A stretch of DNA of 64,000 nucleotides from Octopus vulgaris (GCA_951406725.2 OX597830.1:65038001-65102000); one strand, 5' to 3'; counted from the stretch's first letter, positions 28,180 to 42,702 are shown. Numbers and translations: made by a program. The notes: generated by a model not told the origin, from the letters alone.

Positions 28180-28261
28180 GCACATATATATATTTATATA
28201 TTTATGTATACGTAAATATATATATGTATGCACACACACACAGTTATATATATGTATATAC

Positions 28262-28311
<50 letters not shown>

Positions 28312-28492
28312 GTTAACGCAGGTGCACATAGGAATAAGAATGCACGAATGTATGTACATTTAAATATTCATAGATATAATGACATGCTCACCCGCAAGCA
28401 CATTCGCACATACGTACGTACAACCTTACAGACAGACAAATATACATATAAACAGGCGGAATGAGAAACAACGTGTGCAAAAGAAAGTGAAA

Positions 28493-28528
<36 letters not shown>

Positions 28529-28715
28529 GGGAAGAATATGAAATTAGAAGAGATATAAGTGGGTAATAGAGATAATGGGAGAGAGCGAGAGAGTCATAAA
28601 TATTCATATATGCTCTATGCTCTCCTCTCTTTCCCGATGCAATTAATGCTTAAAGGAGAGTTGGGATAGATACAGAGGAGATGGTGGCACGTATATGTCT
28701 GCATGTATGTATATA

Positions 28716-28778
<63 letters not shown>

Positions 28779-28946
28779 TTATATATATATATATATATAT
28801 ATATGCATGTATAGGTACATATATGTAGATACACCCATATATGAATGTATATATACATATATATGTAGGTGTGTATATATGTATATATTATTTATATTAC
28901 TATATGATTGAACGCCGCCACGCAGCCATTTCCAAGTAAACATATA

Positions 28947-28986
<40 letters not shown>

Positions 28987-28987
<1 letters not shown>

Positions 28988-29365
28988 TCTTTACTACTCT
29001 TTTACTTGTTTCAGTCATTTGACTGCGGCCATGCTGGAGCACTGCCTTTAGTCGAGTAAATCGACCCCGGGACTTATTCTTTGTAAGCCCAGTACTTATT
29101 CTATCGGTCTCTTTTGCCGAACCGCTAAGTGACGGGCACGTAAACATACCAGCACCGGTTGTCAAACAATGCTAGAGGGACAAACACAATCACAAACATA
29201 CACACACACACACATATATATATACATATATACGAAGGGATTCTTTCAGTTTCCGTCTACCAAATCCACTCACAAGGCCCGAGGCTATAGGTGCCACGCA
29301 GTGGGACTGAACCCGGAACCATGCGGTTGGTAAGCAATCTCCTTACCGCACAGCCACTTCTGCGC
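28987..29365 (-). mobile_element. SINE family A with small internal deletions
   Basis: Reverse complement of tail, body and head. Confidence 0.9.
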
Positions 29366-29530
29366 TATATATATATATATATAACACTTGCATACATTAA
29401 AACACACATACAGAGATGCATTTACGCTAACATTCATACATGCAAAGACACAGTCACGTACAACCACAGACACATATACACACACACATATACACACACA
29501 TATACACACACACATACACAGACACAAAAA

Positions 29531-29561
<31 letters not shown>

Positions 29562-30338
29562 TCTCACACAGACACACGCACTGATGGACACTGATATGCA
29601 TTTATATCCGTAAGCTGTACCTGTTACTTGCCCTCCCACGGGCGGACAAGAAACTGAATAGAGAGAAGCGGGTGGACGGGTCTGATAATAAAAAGAGAAA
29701 CTAGAAAACAGTAAATGGTGTTGACGAGTGAGAGTTAGAGATGTGGAGGGGTAGGTAGAAGTGTACTTACTGTGTATGGTAGATAGGGAGTTGTAAAAAG
29801 CAAGTAGGCATTTACGGGTGCTGGATAAGTTTTAGGGTATGTAGGTAGGTTAGTAATTTAGTACCCAAGATGGTAAGGGGAGGGATAGTGTGTTGGTAGA
29901 TATGTATGAAGAGAGGTACGAAGTTAGGCAAATGCATAGGTGGATAGGGATGTAGGTAGGTAAATAAGGGTCGGGGTAATTTAGGTAAGTTGTTATAAGG
30001 TGAGTTAGGCATGTATGTAATGTCCATAGAGCATAGGTAATTAGGGAATTGTGAATTATATTGGTAGATCCGAAGGTGCGTCGGTACGTAAGTAGGAAAA
30101 TAGCTAGTTAGCTAGCTTGGTGTGTGTGTGCATATATATATATATATGTATATACCTATATATATTTGTGTGTGTGTATGTATATGCTAATATCGAACGC
30201 CGAAAATGAGTGCTCCGCACAGTTAAAGGGAAACACGTGTACCATCGTTCTATCGCTCATATAGCATGTTTGACAATTGTTAAGAGATTTCTTATTACAT
30301 GAAACCATCGGTAGCCTTGTTAGCCCACAAATAAAGTA

Positions 30339-30399
<61 letters not shown>

Positions 30400-30718
30400 A
30401 CATATCTATACATATGAACATATATATACATATATATATATATGTATACACACATATACACATATATATATACATGTATATATACACATACATATATATA
30501 CATATATACATATACATACACACAAACACTTACACACATATACATATATGAAAGAAAAGAAATGTAAAATCACAGAAAATCTGTATAATAAATTTATGGT
30601 GATATGATCCTAATATCATAACTTTATTATAATCTTTATTATACAAACTTTCTGTGACTTTTATATTTATTTTCTTTCTTATATACCTATCCCACGTATA
30701 TACATAACTTTCCATTCT

Positions 30719-30778
<60 letters not shown>

Positions 30779-30974
30779 TGAGTGTATTTTTACCTTGTTA
30801 ACAATTAACACGGAAAAAATAAATAAATAGTTACCAGGGTAACAAAAATCTCACAAGTAAAGATGTTGTAACTCCTTGTTTACAAAGGTAGAACCTTCGT
30901 GTTTACGTGGAATATTTTGAATAATATATGAATAAATAAATGGAGTTTAACGCAGGTGTAAATAAAATATTTTT

Positions 30975-31055
30975 ACTTTCGACACATGTTTCGAAAATTC
31001 CACTGATACAAAAGAATAAATGGTATAAACAATGCAATCTTTTCCTCAGGAAAGT
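30975..31055 (-). ncRNA. Type I hammerhead ribozyme in the 3' region of the Penelope-like element
   Basis: rc: actttc-CTGAGGA-aaagattgcattg...cagtggaattttc-GAAAC-atgt-GTC-gaaagt; perfect 6-bp stem I, 11/13 pairs in stem II, GUC cleavage triplet, palindromic ACAUGU at stem III. Confidence 0.85.
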
Positions 31056-31256
31056 GAAAAAAGCGAAACTCGTCAATAAGACATTTTAGCAAAAAATGAT
31101 GGATTTGTATAGCGATAGACAGAACGCTATTAATATCGTTTAAAAAAACGTTATATGATATAACGTCATAAGTAGCTAACAGAAAGAGTAGGGATATTAA
31201 TAGTGAATGTTAAATATAAAGGAAATTAAAGTTTAAATTATATATAATGATAGAGA

Positions 31257-31955
31257 CTACTTATCTGCACTATATGTATGTTTTTGCCAATGCTTACATC
31301 TGTATGCTCGCTCTATAACCGTGTTTACTAGAGTATTTTTAGAAAAAATAATGAAAAATAGCTCAGAATTGCAGAGAAGACAGAATTCTTTGCCTTTGTC
31401 ATATGGTATCGAAATTGAGAGAATCAACCATTCTAAATGAAATTGTTCATTGTGGCCTTTTAAATCCCAAATCAGTTTGCTGAGACCAGTTCTATTACGT
31501 TTATTTCTATCCCTAAATGTTGAGTAATGGATAGATATTCTTTTAGATAACTCTAACGATGTGCTTCCAATGTAAAATCGTACTTTATTACGAGTACTGA
31601 TTATACACTGGTATATAGAATTTTTAATCTTAGAGTTACTTGAGATAAACTTAATTCTATTGGAATTGACTTCAGATACAATAACCTTGTTATTGATATT
31701 TCTAGAGGGTTGGATGGTATTAGCTAAATTAATGTTAGTATTAGTAAATGTATTAATATTTAACAGTTTGTTATTATGTGAAGAGATAATTTGCAAAAGA
31801 TTTTTTGTCTTTGAAAAACCTATCCTAACCGTATGTGAATTGATAATAGAGTAATATCTAGAATTGTTTGGAAGATTCCTAGCAATAACTTGACGAAACA
31901 GCAGTGGGAGATTAGATTTAATTTGTCTCCCGTAAGGAATTATTAACCAAATAGA
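31257..31955 (-). pseudogene. Penelope-like element C-terminal ORF: RT-thumb/linker plus GIY-YIG endonuclease (open frame, no ATG start)
   Basis: SIWLIIPYGRQIKSN...TVRIGFSKTKNLLQIISSHNNKLL...SIYQC...FYIGST...KRISIH...TGLSKLIWDLK...CLLCNSE...VN...E...CKH; the frame stays open upstream of the listed 31796 start until the TAG at 31956-31958. Confidence 0.85.
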
Positions 31956-32285
31956 CTAGTATTCATAGCGTAATTACTTTTGAAGGTGTTATATTTACTT
32001 TTAGATCGATAATAGGGGATTAAATAAGGGTTATCTGCCTTCATTAGCTTTGTATCGGTGCGTAAGTTATGTTTGTTATCAATAATTCTTTTACGACTAT
32101 ATATATATATAATGAATTCAGTGTGAATCCTTCATAAATGTAAACACCTGTATATGCCAGCTAGTAGCAGAGGTGAGAGGAAATATGTATCAAATGAAAT
32201 AAAATAAAAAACAGGATACAAAGGATGTCGCGGTACACATGTTTCGAGCATTATGCGATACAAGTCTTTGGTGTAGCAATTGCAT

Positions 32286-32377
32286 GCGGTTGAGGAGGGC
32301 TTTAAACTATCTGTTATGTCGATTATACATTGATGTAAGAATAAGTTGTTTTATAAAGCTAGAAACATGTGTACCGC
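32286..32377 (+). ncRNA. Type I hammerhead ribozyme with long stem II (core variant UUGAGGA), inside an inverted duplication 32188-32419
   Basis: gcgg-TTGAGGA-g-ggcttta...taaagct-a-GAAAC-atgt-GTA-ccgc; stem I gcgg/ccgc, 7-bp stem II. Confidence 0.7.
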
Positions 32378-32414
32378 GACATCCTTTGTGTCCTGTTTTT
32401 TTTTTAATTTCATT

Positions 32415-32471
<57 letters not shown>

Positions 32472-33394
32472 TATATTTAGAAGTCAAACACGTATAGTAA
32501 TAAACGAACGGATGAAAAGACATACTAAATGCAATGAATACACAGACGAACAGAGAACAAGCATAGAAGTTACCAATTCCTCATCAGTTATTGTCCAAAG
32601 TTTTGACCAGAATTTCGTGCCATTTATATATTTTTAGAAATGCCGGTAGGTACGTATCTAGTTGGGGTTGCATTTCCGAGCTCAGAGCTGAGAAAAGTAA
32701 TAAGGAGGATACAAGAAGCATCGACTGAAACGAGAAGACCCAAAATGGCTCGAAAACCATAACATGTCGACTGGGAAATAGCGTCGCTAGATGAGACTGG
32801 CTGGTACTTAAGCAGCGTTGCTGCTTGAAGGTGGGCCAAGGGAGCAATCTCGTTTATTGCTCTCCCCTTCCTGGTTCGAAAGCTTGTACCACGAGACAGC
32901 TAGTTGGCTCAGGCTGCTGGAACTGAAACTAACACGACGCTGTTGGGAGGGAGGTTTAGAGAGGGCGCGGACCTAAACTTCATGTCCTACTCCTCCATCG
33001 GTCAATGGAAGCTTAGATAATGTCGCGTGACAGTTAGCTGGTGCTGGTTGCTGGATCCTACCGGCGAGTATTTAAAGGGAAATTTGGCAGGATGGTCATT
33101 CACTCGCGGACATTCATTGATACTGCATCGAAGAAACCAAAGAACAAAGAGGCCGAAGAAAAATGGAGAAAGAACAAACGCACCCAACACCAGAGCTGAA
33201 GACACCTCCGAAAGGAAGGGGGCGCAACGTTGAAATCGGTAGAGGATAGGGCCCGGAATCGGATGTGGTTCTTCCTGATGATCTCTTTAGCCACTGGATC
33301 CTATAAAGGAGCTGTTGAGGTAGCGAACCACGAAACGTAGGGAGATTGGGAGGAGGTAAGTAGGTAGGTAAGTATTTAAGTGAGAAAGGTAGAC

Positions 33395-33840
33395 ATCTCT
33401 TTTATCGGTTTCAGTGGTTAGACGGCGGCCACACATAATATATTTTTAGTCGAATCAATCCACTCCAGGATATTTTTTTAAAACCTGACACATATTCTAT
33501 CGGTCAGTTTGTTAAACCGCTAAGTTTCGGAGACGTAAACAAGCCAGCATTGGTTATCAAGATGTGTATGTGTGTCAGTTCTTGTCCTCCACCATCGACG
33601 CTATTTCCCAGTCGATGGTGGAGGACAAGAACTGACACATAGACACAGATGTAGATAAATATAGATATATACAAATATGACGGGCTACTCTCAGTTTCTG
33701 ACTAGCAAATCCACTCACAAGCCCAGGATCGGCACGAGGCTGTAGTGGAAGACACTTGCCCGAGGGTTCGCGCTGTGGGACTGTACGCAGAACGGTGTGC
33801 TTGGGAAGCAAACTTCTTACCACACAGCCAATCCGGCGCC
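33395..33840 (-). mobile_element. Diverged SINE A containing a perfect 29-bp hairpin (33571-33639)
   Basis: rc head at ~33815-33840; hairpin arms read directly. Confidence 0.8.
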
Positions 33841-33969
33841 AAGGACTTTTTTCTTTTAGGTAGGTTGCTGGTATTTATAATTAATTAGGCAAAATGTTTC
33901 GTAGATAAGTAGGCAAACAGACAGAAGTAGACAGAGAGGTGGGTACGTATGGTAAGTAGTAGAGAGACG

Positions 33970-34206
33970 AAGGCGGCGAGCTAGCAGAAACATTAGCACG
34001 CCGGACGAAATGCTTAGCGGTATTTCGTCTGCCGTTACGTTCTGAGTTCAAATTCCGCCGAGGTCGACTTTGCCTTTCATCCTTTCGGGGTCGATAAATT
34101 AAGTACCAGTTACGCACTGGGAGTCGATGTAATCGACTTAATACCTATGTCTGTCCTTGTTTGTCCCCTTTATGTTTAGCCCCTTGTGGGTAATAAAGAA
34201 ATAGGT
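33970..34206 (+). mobile_element. SINE family B monomer
   Basis: Full head-to-tail match with 7388-7622. Confidence 0.9.
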
Positions 34207-34919
34207 TGTAGACAGACAAATAGTTTGATTGGTAGGAAAATAGACAGGTAGGTAAGCCAGAATGCAACTAGGTTGCCAAGTAAGCAGGTTAGGGAGGTTG
34301 ACAGTTGCGTGGCGAGGTAGGTAGATACTTTGGTGAAGTTGGCAGATAGGTAACTGGGTAGGTACATCGCTAAGTAGGTAAGGTAGAATGGCAGGTACAT
34401 GGTTAGGTGGGTAGAAGGTGAGGTAAATAAGTAGTTGTGGTACACTGGTATTTAGACGAGGAGGTAGATATGAGGGTAGGTAGATAGGTAGTTGGTAAGT
34501 AAGTAGGTAGGTACATAGGTAGGTATGTAGGTAGGCAGGTAGGTATATATTTATATATGTATGTATGTGTATATGTATGTATATAGGTAGGTAGGTATAT
34601 ATGTATGTATCTATGTATGTATTCATGTGTGCATGTATGTATGTATGTAGATAGGTAAGTAAGTAGATAGGTAGGTAGGCAGGCATGTAATGGGGGTAAG
34701 TAATTAGATGGGTGAAGTAGTTAAGTAGATAAGTAGGAAGAAGTAGGTAGATAACTGTTAAGATATTTGTCTGGTCGTCTATAATTTCTTTTTTATATTC
34801 TCTACTCTCTCACTACACCACCAGCACCAGCCACCACCACCACCCCCATCACCACCCAACGACCCACTAAATAATGGACAAGAAGTATGTATGTGTGTGT
34901 GTGAGAGAGAGAGAGCGAG

Positions 34920-34959
<40 letters not shown>

Positions 34960-35083
34960 AAGAGGAAAGAGAGATTGTTTTATAAAATATTTTATGAAAT
35001 AAAAAATCAAACCACTGATTGTTCTCTCCCTCTCTCTCTCTCTCTGTTTCCCTCATCCAGTTTGTATGTGTGTATGTGTGTGC

Positions 35084-35120
<37 letters not shown>

Positions 35121-35224
35121 GTGAGAGGTATCGATGTAGGCAAACATAATTGGCATATGGAGCTCTCGCCTATTGTCTGTGTATGTATATGTACGTATGT
35201 GTAAATGTATGTATGTATATGTGA

Positions 35225-35820
<596 letters not shown>

Positions 35821-35837
35821 ATGTCATATATATTTTT

Positions 35838-36230
35838 TTTTCACTTGTTTCAGTCATTTGACTGCGGCCATGCTGGAGCACCGCCTTTAGTCGAGCAACT
35901 CGACCCCGGGACTTATTCTTTGTAAGCCCAGTACTTATTCTCTCGGACTCTTTTGCCGAACCGCTAAGTGACGGGGACGTAAACACACCAGCATCGGTTG
36001 TCAAGCAATGCTAGGGGGACAAACACAGACACACAAACACACACACACATACATATACACATATATACACATATATACGACAGGCTTCTTTCAGTTTCCA
36101 TCTACCAAATCCACTCACAAGGCATTGGTCAGCCCGGGGCTATAGCAGAAGACACTTGCCCAAGATGCCACGCAGTGGGACTGAACCCGGAACCATGTGG
36201 CTGGTTAGCAAGCTACTTACCACACAGCCA
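35838..36230 (-). mobile_element. SINE family A
   Basis: Reverse complement of the consensus, tail-to-tail with the chimeric SINE. Confidence 0.9.
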
Positions 36231-36662
36231 TATATTTACGTATGTATGTATGTATGTATGTATGTATGTATGTATGTATAGCTGTGTATATATATATATG
36301 TGAGTGCGTTCGTGTCTGTGTGTATTGTATGCCACTCTTTATCTCTCAGTCTCTCAACTTCTCATTGTCTCTCTCTCTCCCTCTCCTTGTATTTTCGTAC
36401 TCTTTCTTGCTCTCCTCGCTTTCTCTTTCTCTCCGATGCTTTCGTTCCCGTCGCTTTTCTTTTCCTTTCCTTTGTCCATCTCTCTTTCTCTTATTCTGTT
36501 TCTTTTTTGTTCACAAACTCTCCTCTTCTGCACTCACATGCACGCACACAAACACGCCCACACACATACAACTTACATGCACATACACATGAGCTTCTTA
36601 CACATACATACGATATACATAAATACATACATGTTCATGCATGCACAGGCATATACACAAAC

Positions 36663-36705
<43 letters not shown>

Positions 36706-37716
36706 CGTTAGTGCCATCTTGGGTAAATATACGCACACATACACACACGCTGTACAGAGGATCATATCTCGTGCATGCATACATGTACATATAAAAAGAC
36801 TCGCATGCACCCACATACACTCTAAGCATGCATACAGAAATACATATTTGCACACATACATATATACATATATACATGCATACAGGCATAAACAGTTCCA
36901 TACATTCGTAAATATATAAATACATACATACATACATAAACACATGTATACGTAAACACTTCCGTACATATGTACATACACACATACATGCATAAGTGCA
37001 TACTTAGAAACATATGTAACAATATACATACATACATAAATATCTGCATTCATACATGGAAACGTCCATTTATATACACACATACATGCATACATACAGA
37101 CAGACAAACAGACAGACATGCATATTTACATTCATATAAACATACATACATGCCTCCATTCATACATACGTACTTACATACACACATGCATACATACATG
37201 CACACGCAGGCATAAATACATGCATGCATGCATGCATACAGACGAGTATACATAGATATGCATGAATACATACATAAATACATACATACGTACACACATA
37301 CAGACACGCATGCATACGTACACACACACACACATATGAATTTATACATATATACATACATACAGATATGCATGCATACATACATGAATACATACATACA
37401 CATACACACACATACGCACAAACATGCATGCATTAATATCTACATGCATATACACATGCACACAATACATACTTACACATACATACATACATACATGCAT
37501 GCATACATACATGCATTCATATATATATATATATATACATACATACATACATGCATTCATATATATATATATACACACACATGCATATATGCATGCATTC
37601 ATTCATACACAGACACATATACATATAGGCATAAACAAATGTACATACATAAATACATACATACATTCATATATATATACACACACATACATATATGCAT
37701 GCATTCATTCATACAT

Positions 37717-37771
<55 letters not shown>

Positions 37772-37784
37772 ATCATAAACACAT

Positions 37785-38165
37785 ATACATCCATCCATCC
37801 ATCCATCCATACATGCATACATGCATACATACATACATACATACATACACACATACATACATACATACACACATACATACATACATACATACATACATAC
37901 ATACATACATACATACATACATACATACATACATACATACATACATACATACATACATACATACATACATACATCCATACATACATACATACATACATAC
38001 ATACATACATACATACATACATACATACATACATACATACATACATACATACATACATACATACATACATACATACATACATACATACATACATACATAC
38101 ATACATACATACATGCATACATACATACATACATACATACACACATACATACATACATACATACA

Positions 38166-38197
<32 letters not shown>

Positions 38198-38600
38198 CAT
38201 ACATACATACATACATACATACATACATACATACATACATACACACATGCATACATACATACATACATACATACATACATACATACATACATACATACAT
38301 ACACACATACATACATACATACATACATACATACATACATACATACATACATACATACATACATACATACATACATACATACATACATACACACATACAT
38401 ACATACATACATACATACATACATACATACATACATACATACATACATACATACATACATACATACATACATACATACATACATACATACACACATACAT
38501 ACATACATACATACATACATACATCCATACATACATACATACACACATGCATACATACATACATACATCCATACATACATACATACATACATACATACAT
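37785..38600. repeat. Very long (TACA)n tetranucleotide array (~800 bp)
   Basis: Seen directly; source of the 270-600 aa IHTY/MYVC ORFs. Confidence 0.95.
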
Positions 38601-38959
38601 TTAAGCTCTCATACGTATACACTTTCGCACGACATACACACAAACACGTCTGGTGTGTGCATGCACCCACCTCTCCCGAACACACACACACACACACGCA
38701 CACACACACACAAACACACACACACAAACACACACACAAACACACACACACACACACACACACAAACATATACATGCACACAAACACACTTGTCTTTCTT
38801 ATTTTGTTTGCGACGGCTTTTACAACTGTTGTCAATATTGTTGCTGCTCTGGTGTTGCTGTTGCTGTTGTTATTGTTGTTATTGTTATAGTTATTACTTT
38901 TGCCACTGTACTGCTACCGCCTATTGTCGCCATTGTTGTTATTGCTGTTGTTGTTGTTC

Positions 38960-39319
38960 TTCATCATCTTCTTCTTCTTGTTTCTCTTCTTCTTCTTCTT
39001 TTTTCTTCTTCTTCTTTCTCTTCTTCTTTCTCTTCTTCTTCTTTCTCTTCTTCTTCTTCTTCTTCTTCTTCTACTACTACTTTCACTACTTCTTTTTCTT
39101 CTTATTCCTCTCCTTATTATTCTTCTTCTTCTCCTCTTTCTTCTTCTTCTACTTCCTCTTCTTCTTCATCATCATCATCATCATCATCTTCTACTTCTTC
39201 TTCTTCTACTTCCTCTTCTTCTTCTACTTCCTCTTCTTCTTCTACTTCCTCTTCTTCTTCTACTTCCTCTTCTTCTTCTCCTTCTTCTTCTTCTTCTTCT
39301 TCTTCTACTTCCTCTTCAT

Positions 39320-39352
<33 letters not shown>

Positions 39353-39800
39353 ATGTTCCTCCTCCTCCTCCTCATCCTTCTCCTTCTTCTTCTTCTTCTT
39401 CTTCTTCTTCTTCTTCTTCTTCTTCTTCTTCTTCTTCTTCTTCTTCCTACTACTGTCGCCTCTGCTGCTGCGTTTTGCTGCTGTTGTTCTTGCATTTATA
39501 TTGTTACTGCTGTTAAAGTTGTTGCTGTTGTTGTTACTGCTGCTGCCCGTATTACTGCTGCTGTATCTGCTCCTGCTTTTGCAAAAACTGTTGCTGTTGT
39601 TGTTGCACATATAGTTACTGTTGCTGCTGCTGCAGATCTGGCGGCATTTAACGTTGTTTTTATAATTATTTTTGCTGCTGTTGCTACTGCTGCTGTTGCT
39701 GCTGTTGGTGGTGGTGGTGGTGGTGGTGGTGGTGGTGGTGGTGGTGGTGGTGGTGGTGGTGGTGGTGGTGGTGGCGGCGGCGGCGGCGGCGGCGGTGCTG
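38960..39800. repeat. Compound (TTC)n/(CAT)n/(GCT)n/(GGT)n tract
   Basis: Seen directly. Confidence 0.9.
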
Positions 39801-39991
39801 CTGTTGTTTATATTAATAATTTGTTTATTTGCTTCTGTGTGTTCCTTATTTACTTGCTGCACGAAATCGAAGCTTCGTTAAACGGCGCATGGCAGGAGCG
39901 TATTGTAAAGCCACGTGACATCAATCAGACGCTTCCAATTGCTGTGGAAAAAAAAAGGCGCCAGGCTTATCGCTTCATTTAGAGTGGAAAC

Positions 39992-40027
<36 letters not shown>

Positions 40028-40513
40028 TAGAGAGAGAGTGACAAGTTAAGAGAGACAGACAGAAAAACAGAGAGTAATTGAGGGACAAACACAGAGAGAG
40101 AGAGATAGAAGGACAAAGTGGGATAGAAAAGAGAGACAGAAGAAAACAGAGACAGAAGAGAAAAAAAAGTGAGAAGAGAGAAAGACAGACAAACAGACAG
40201 AGGAAGGAGAGAGAGAAAAAGGAGAGAAAAATCTGTTTTTTACTGCAAGTTTTTAGTATTTTCCTGATTCCTTATAATCTGCTTTTGGCTATTGTTTGCG
40301 AACTCATTCCAATTTTTCTTCACATTTCTCCTTGTTTCGTGCATTTTTGAACGATTTCCTTTTTTTATAATCTTATTTAATTATTTACTCTTTATTATTG
40401 CCATTATTCCCTCAATTATCGTTCTCGTTGTTGTTGCTGTTGTTATCATTGTTACTTTCACAATCTCTGCGAACTCTACAGAGTTCTTTAAACACAACTT
40501 CTTTCACACTTCC

Positions 40514-40940
40514 TTAATTTCCTTCTTAATTCTCGTCTTTTGCGTCCTTCTGTTTATCCTTCTTAATGTCTTAACTTCTTCCTTCTACTTCTTCTCGAGC
40601 TCCTTATATTTTGTTCTTGCTCTAACTGTCGTCTGCTTTTGTTCATCTTTCGTCTCCTCCTTCACTGCCCTCCTTTTGTCCTCTTCTCCTTTCTTCAACT
40701 TCCATACAATCTCCTATCTTCTATCGTTACTTCATTTCCTTCTTAATTCTTGCCTTTTGCGTCCTTCTGTTATCCTTCTTAATGTCTTAACTTCTTCCTT
40801 CTACTTATTTTTGTTCTTGCTTTGGCTGTCGTCTGCTTTTGTTCATCTTTCGTCTCCTCCTTCACTGCCCTTCTTTTGTCTTCATCTCCTTTTTTTCAAC
40901 TTCCATACAATCTCCTATCTTCTATCCTTACTTAATTTCC
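40514..40940 (+). repeat. Diverged direct tandem duplication (~200-220 bp unit)
   Basis: 'cttttgcgtccttctgt..tatccttcttaatgtcttaacttcttccttctactt' and 'caacttccatacaatctcctatcttctatc' each occur twice. Confidence 0.9.
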
Positions 40941-41396
40941 TTATTTACCATATTTTATTTCCTTTTCAATCTTACGTATTCCTTGATTATTTTCTCATTC
41001 TTATCCGGGGTTGCTCTCCTCTCGATCGCTCGGCAACTTAAAATATCCCGCACCAAGTCCATCCCGTATCTTTCAATCACTCACTCCTTCACTCTCTCAC
41101 ACACTCATTGACTCACTCACTTCCTCACACTCTCACATTTACTCTCTCTCTCTCTCTCTCGCTCACTCTCCTTCTCTCACCCTCACTCTGTCTCTTCCTC
41201 TTTGTACATAAACATCCAATATAAACATCAAAGTGCCAGGATTAACACCGGTAAAACAGCAGGGTAAGTAATAACCCTTCCAGTTTTGCAATAATACCAT
41301 AATATCAAAATTTGTATTCAATATATTTTGACAAGCATCAAGATTCCTAATGCAAAGAAAAGCGTCAATTCTTTCATTCTATTTCACCTAGATCTG

Positions 41397-41459
<63 letters not shown>

Positions 41460-41572
41460 GCCTGTCTGTCTGTCTTTCTGTTTGTCTATCTGTCTGTCTG
41501 TCCATCTATCTATCTATCTTTTTTTCTTTCTGTGCGTGTATATCTACATATTAAATATACATATACATATAC

Positions 41573-41619
<47 letters not shown>

Positions 41620-41705
41620 TACATATATATATACATATACGTATATATATATATACATATACACATATATATGTATATATATACATATATATAGTTATAT
41701 ATATA

Positions 41706-41736
<31 letters not shown>

Positions 41737-41739
41737 ATT

Positions 41740-41780
<41 letters not shown>

Positions 41781-41994
41781 AATGTATCTATTTATATATG
41801 AACACATATATCTACGCACAAATACACGTATAGATAACTACTAGTATACACGATCGCACGCGCTCATAGTTACAAACACAGACGCGCGCAAACGCATATA
41901 TATACTTTCAATTTCCCTTTTGTTTTCGACGGCGGGAAACGAGAATAGAAAATTTTTGGAATGGATCGGACATCGCGTTTTTTAATACCACTGA

Positions 41995-42037
<43 letters not shown>

Positions 42038-42074
42038 TATATGTGTGTGTGCACGTGTGTATATTTATATATAC

Positions 42075-42128
<54 letters not shown>

Positions 42129-42246
42129 ATATACGTACGCACATACAATCACAGGTACATATTTGCAGAGACACACATACACACACACCACATAAGTATG
42201 TTTGTGTGTGTGCGTGCGCGTGTGTTCGCGCTCGTGTGTGAATGTA

Positions 42247-42291
<45 letters not shown>

Positions 42292-42702
42292 CCGCCAGCG
42301 TGTGTGTAAGTGCAGAGTGGTTGAATTCTTCAGGATCTCCCTTCTTGAATCATAACTACACAGTTTCGATTCTGCTGCCTGCCGTCTTCGACAAGTGTTG
42401 TTTTCTATAGACTCCGGCTGAGGTGCGGCTTATCAGAGAAATTCGATTGACGAAAACTGTATGGAAGACTGTAGGATGGATTTTATCTGTAATTCAAAAG
42501 GTACATTCTTACCACGCAGTTTAAAGCAGATTCTGTTTCTGGAGGACGTGATGGGTCCACATATCTGCAGAGTACTCAGCCATTTATATGCCCATCAGTC
42601 TGGTATTTCAGTTGATCGAACACCTAAAAATTTGTGTTCGGAATTTCTGTCCGAGATCCACCCGACCTTGTATGTATGTATGTATGTATGTATGTATGTA
42701 TG

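Larger units (their letters stand above)
30778..32095 (-). mobile_element. 5'-truncated Penelope-like retroelement (Naiad-type) flanked by (TA)n
   Basis: GIY-YIG ORF, downstream hammerhead, and a 3' tail segment (30809-30885) repeated at 16967-17045. Confidence 0.85.

Noticed and set aside
31080-31175. SECIS element in the PLE 3' UTR (AUGA...hairpin)
   Set aside because: The spacing and apical AA do not fit SECIS geometry, and the visible ORF has no in-frame UGA.
33196-33232. Hammerhead-like ctgaaga-cacctcc-gaaa-gga...gcaacgtt
   Set aside because: The GAAA core reads GCAA and stem I does not pair; it is too degenerate to call.
37228-39982. Very long ORFs (up to 597 aa)
   Set aside because: They are stop-free translations of (TACA)n and trinucleotide repeats, open in several frames on both strands, with no domain-like sequence.
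40292-41041. 249-aa hydrophobic ORF resembling a membrane protein
   Set aside because: It comes from a pyrimidine-rich tandem duplication whose second unit shifts frame, so there is no sign of coding constraint.
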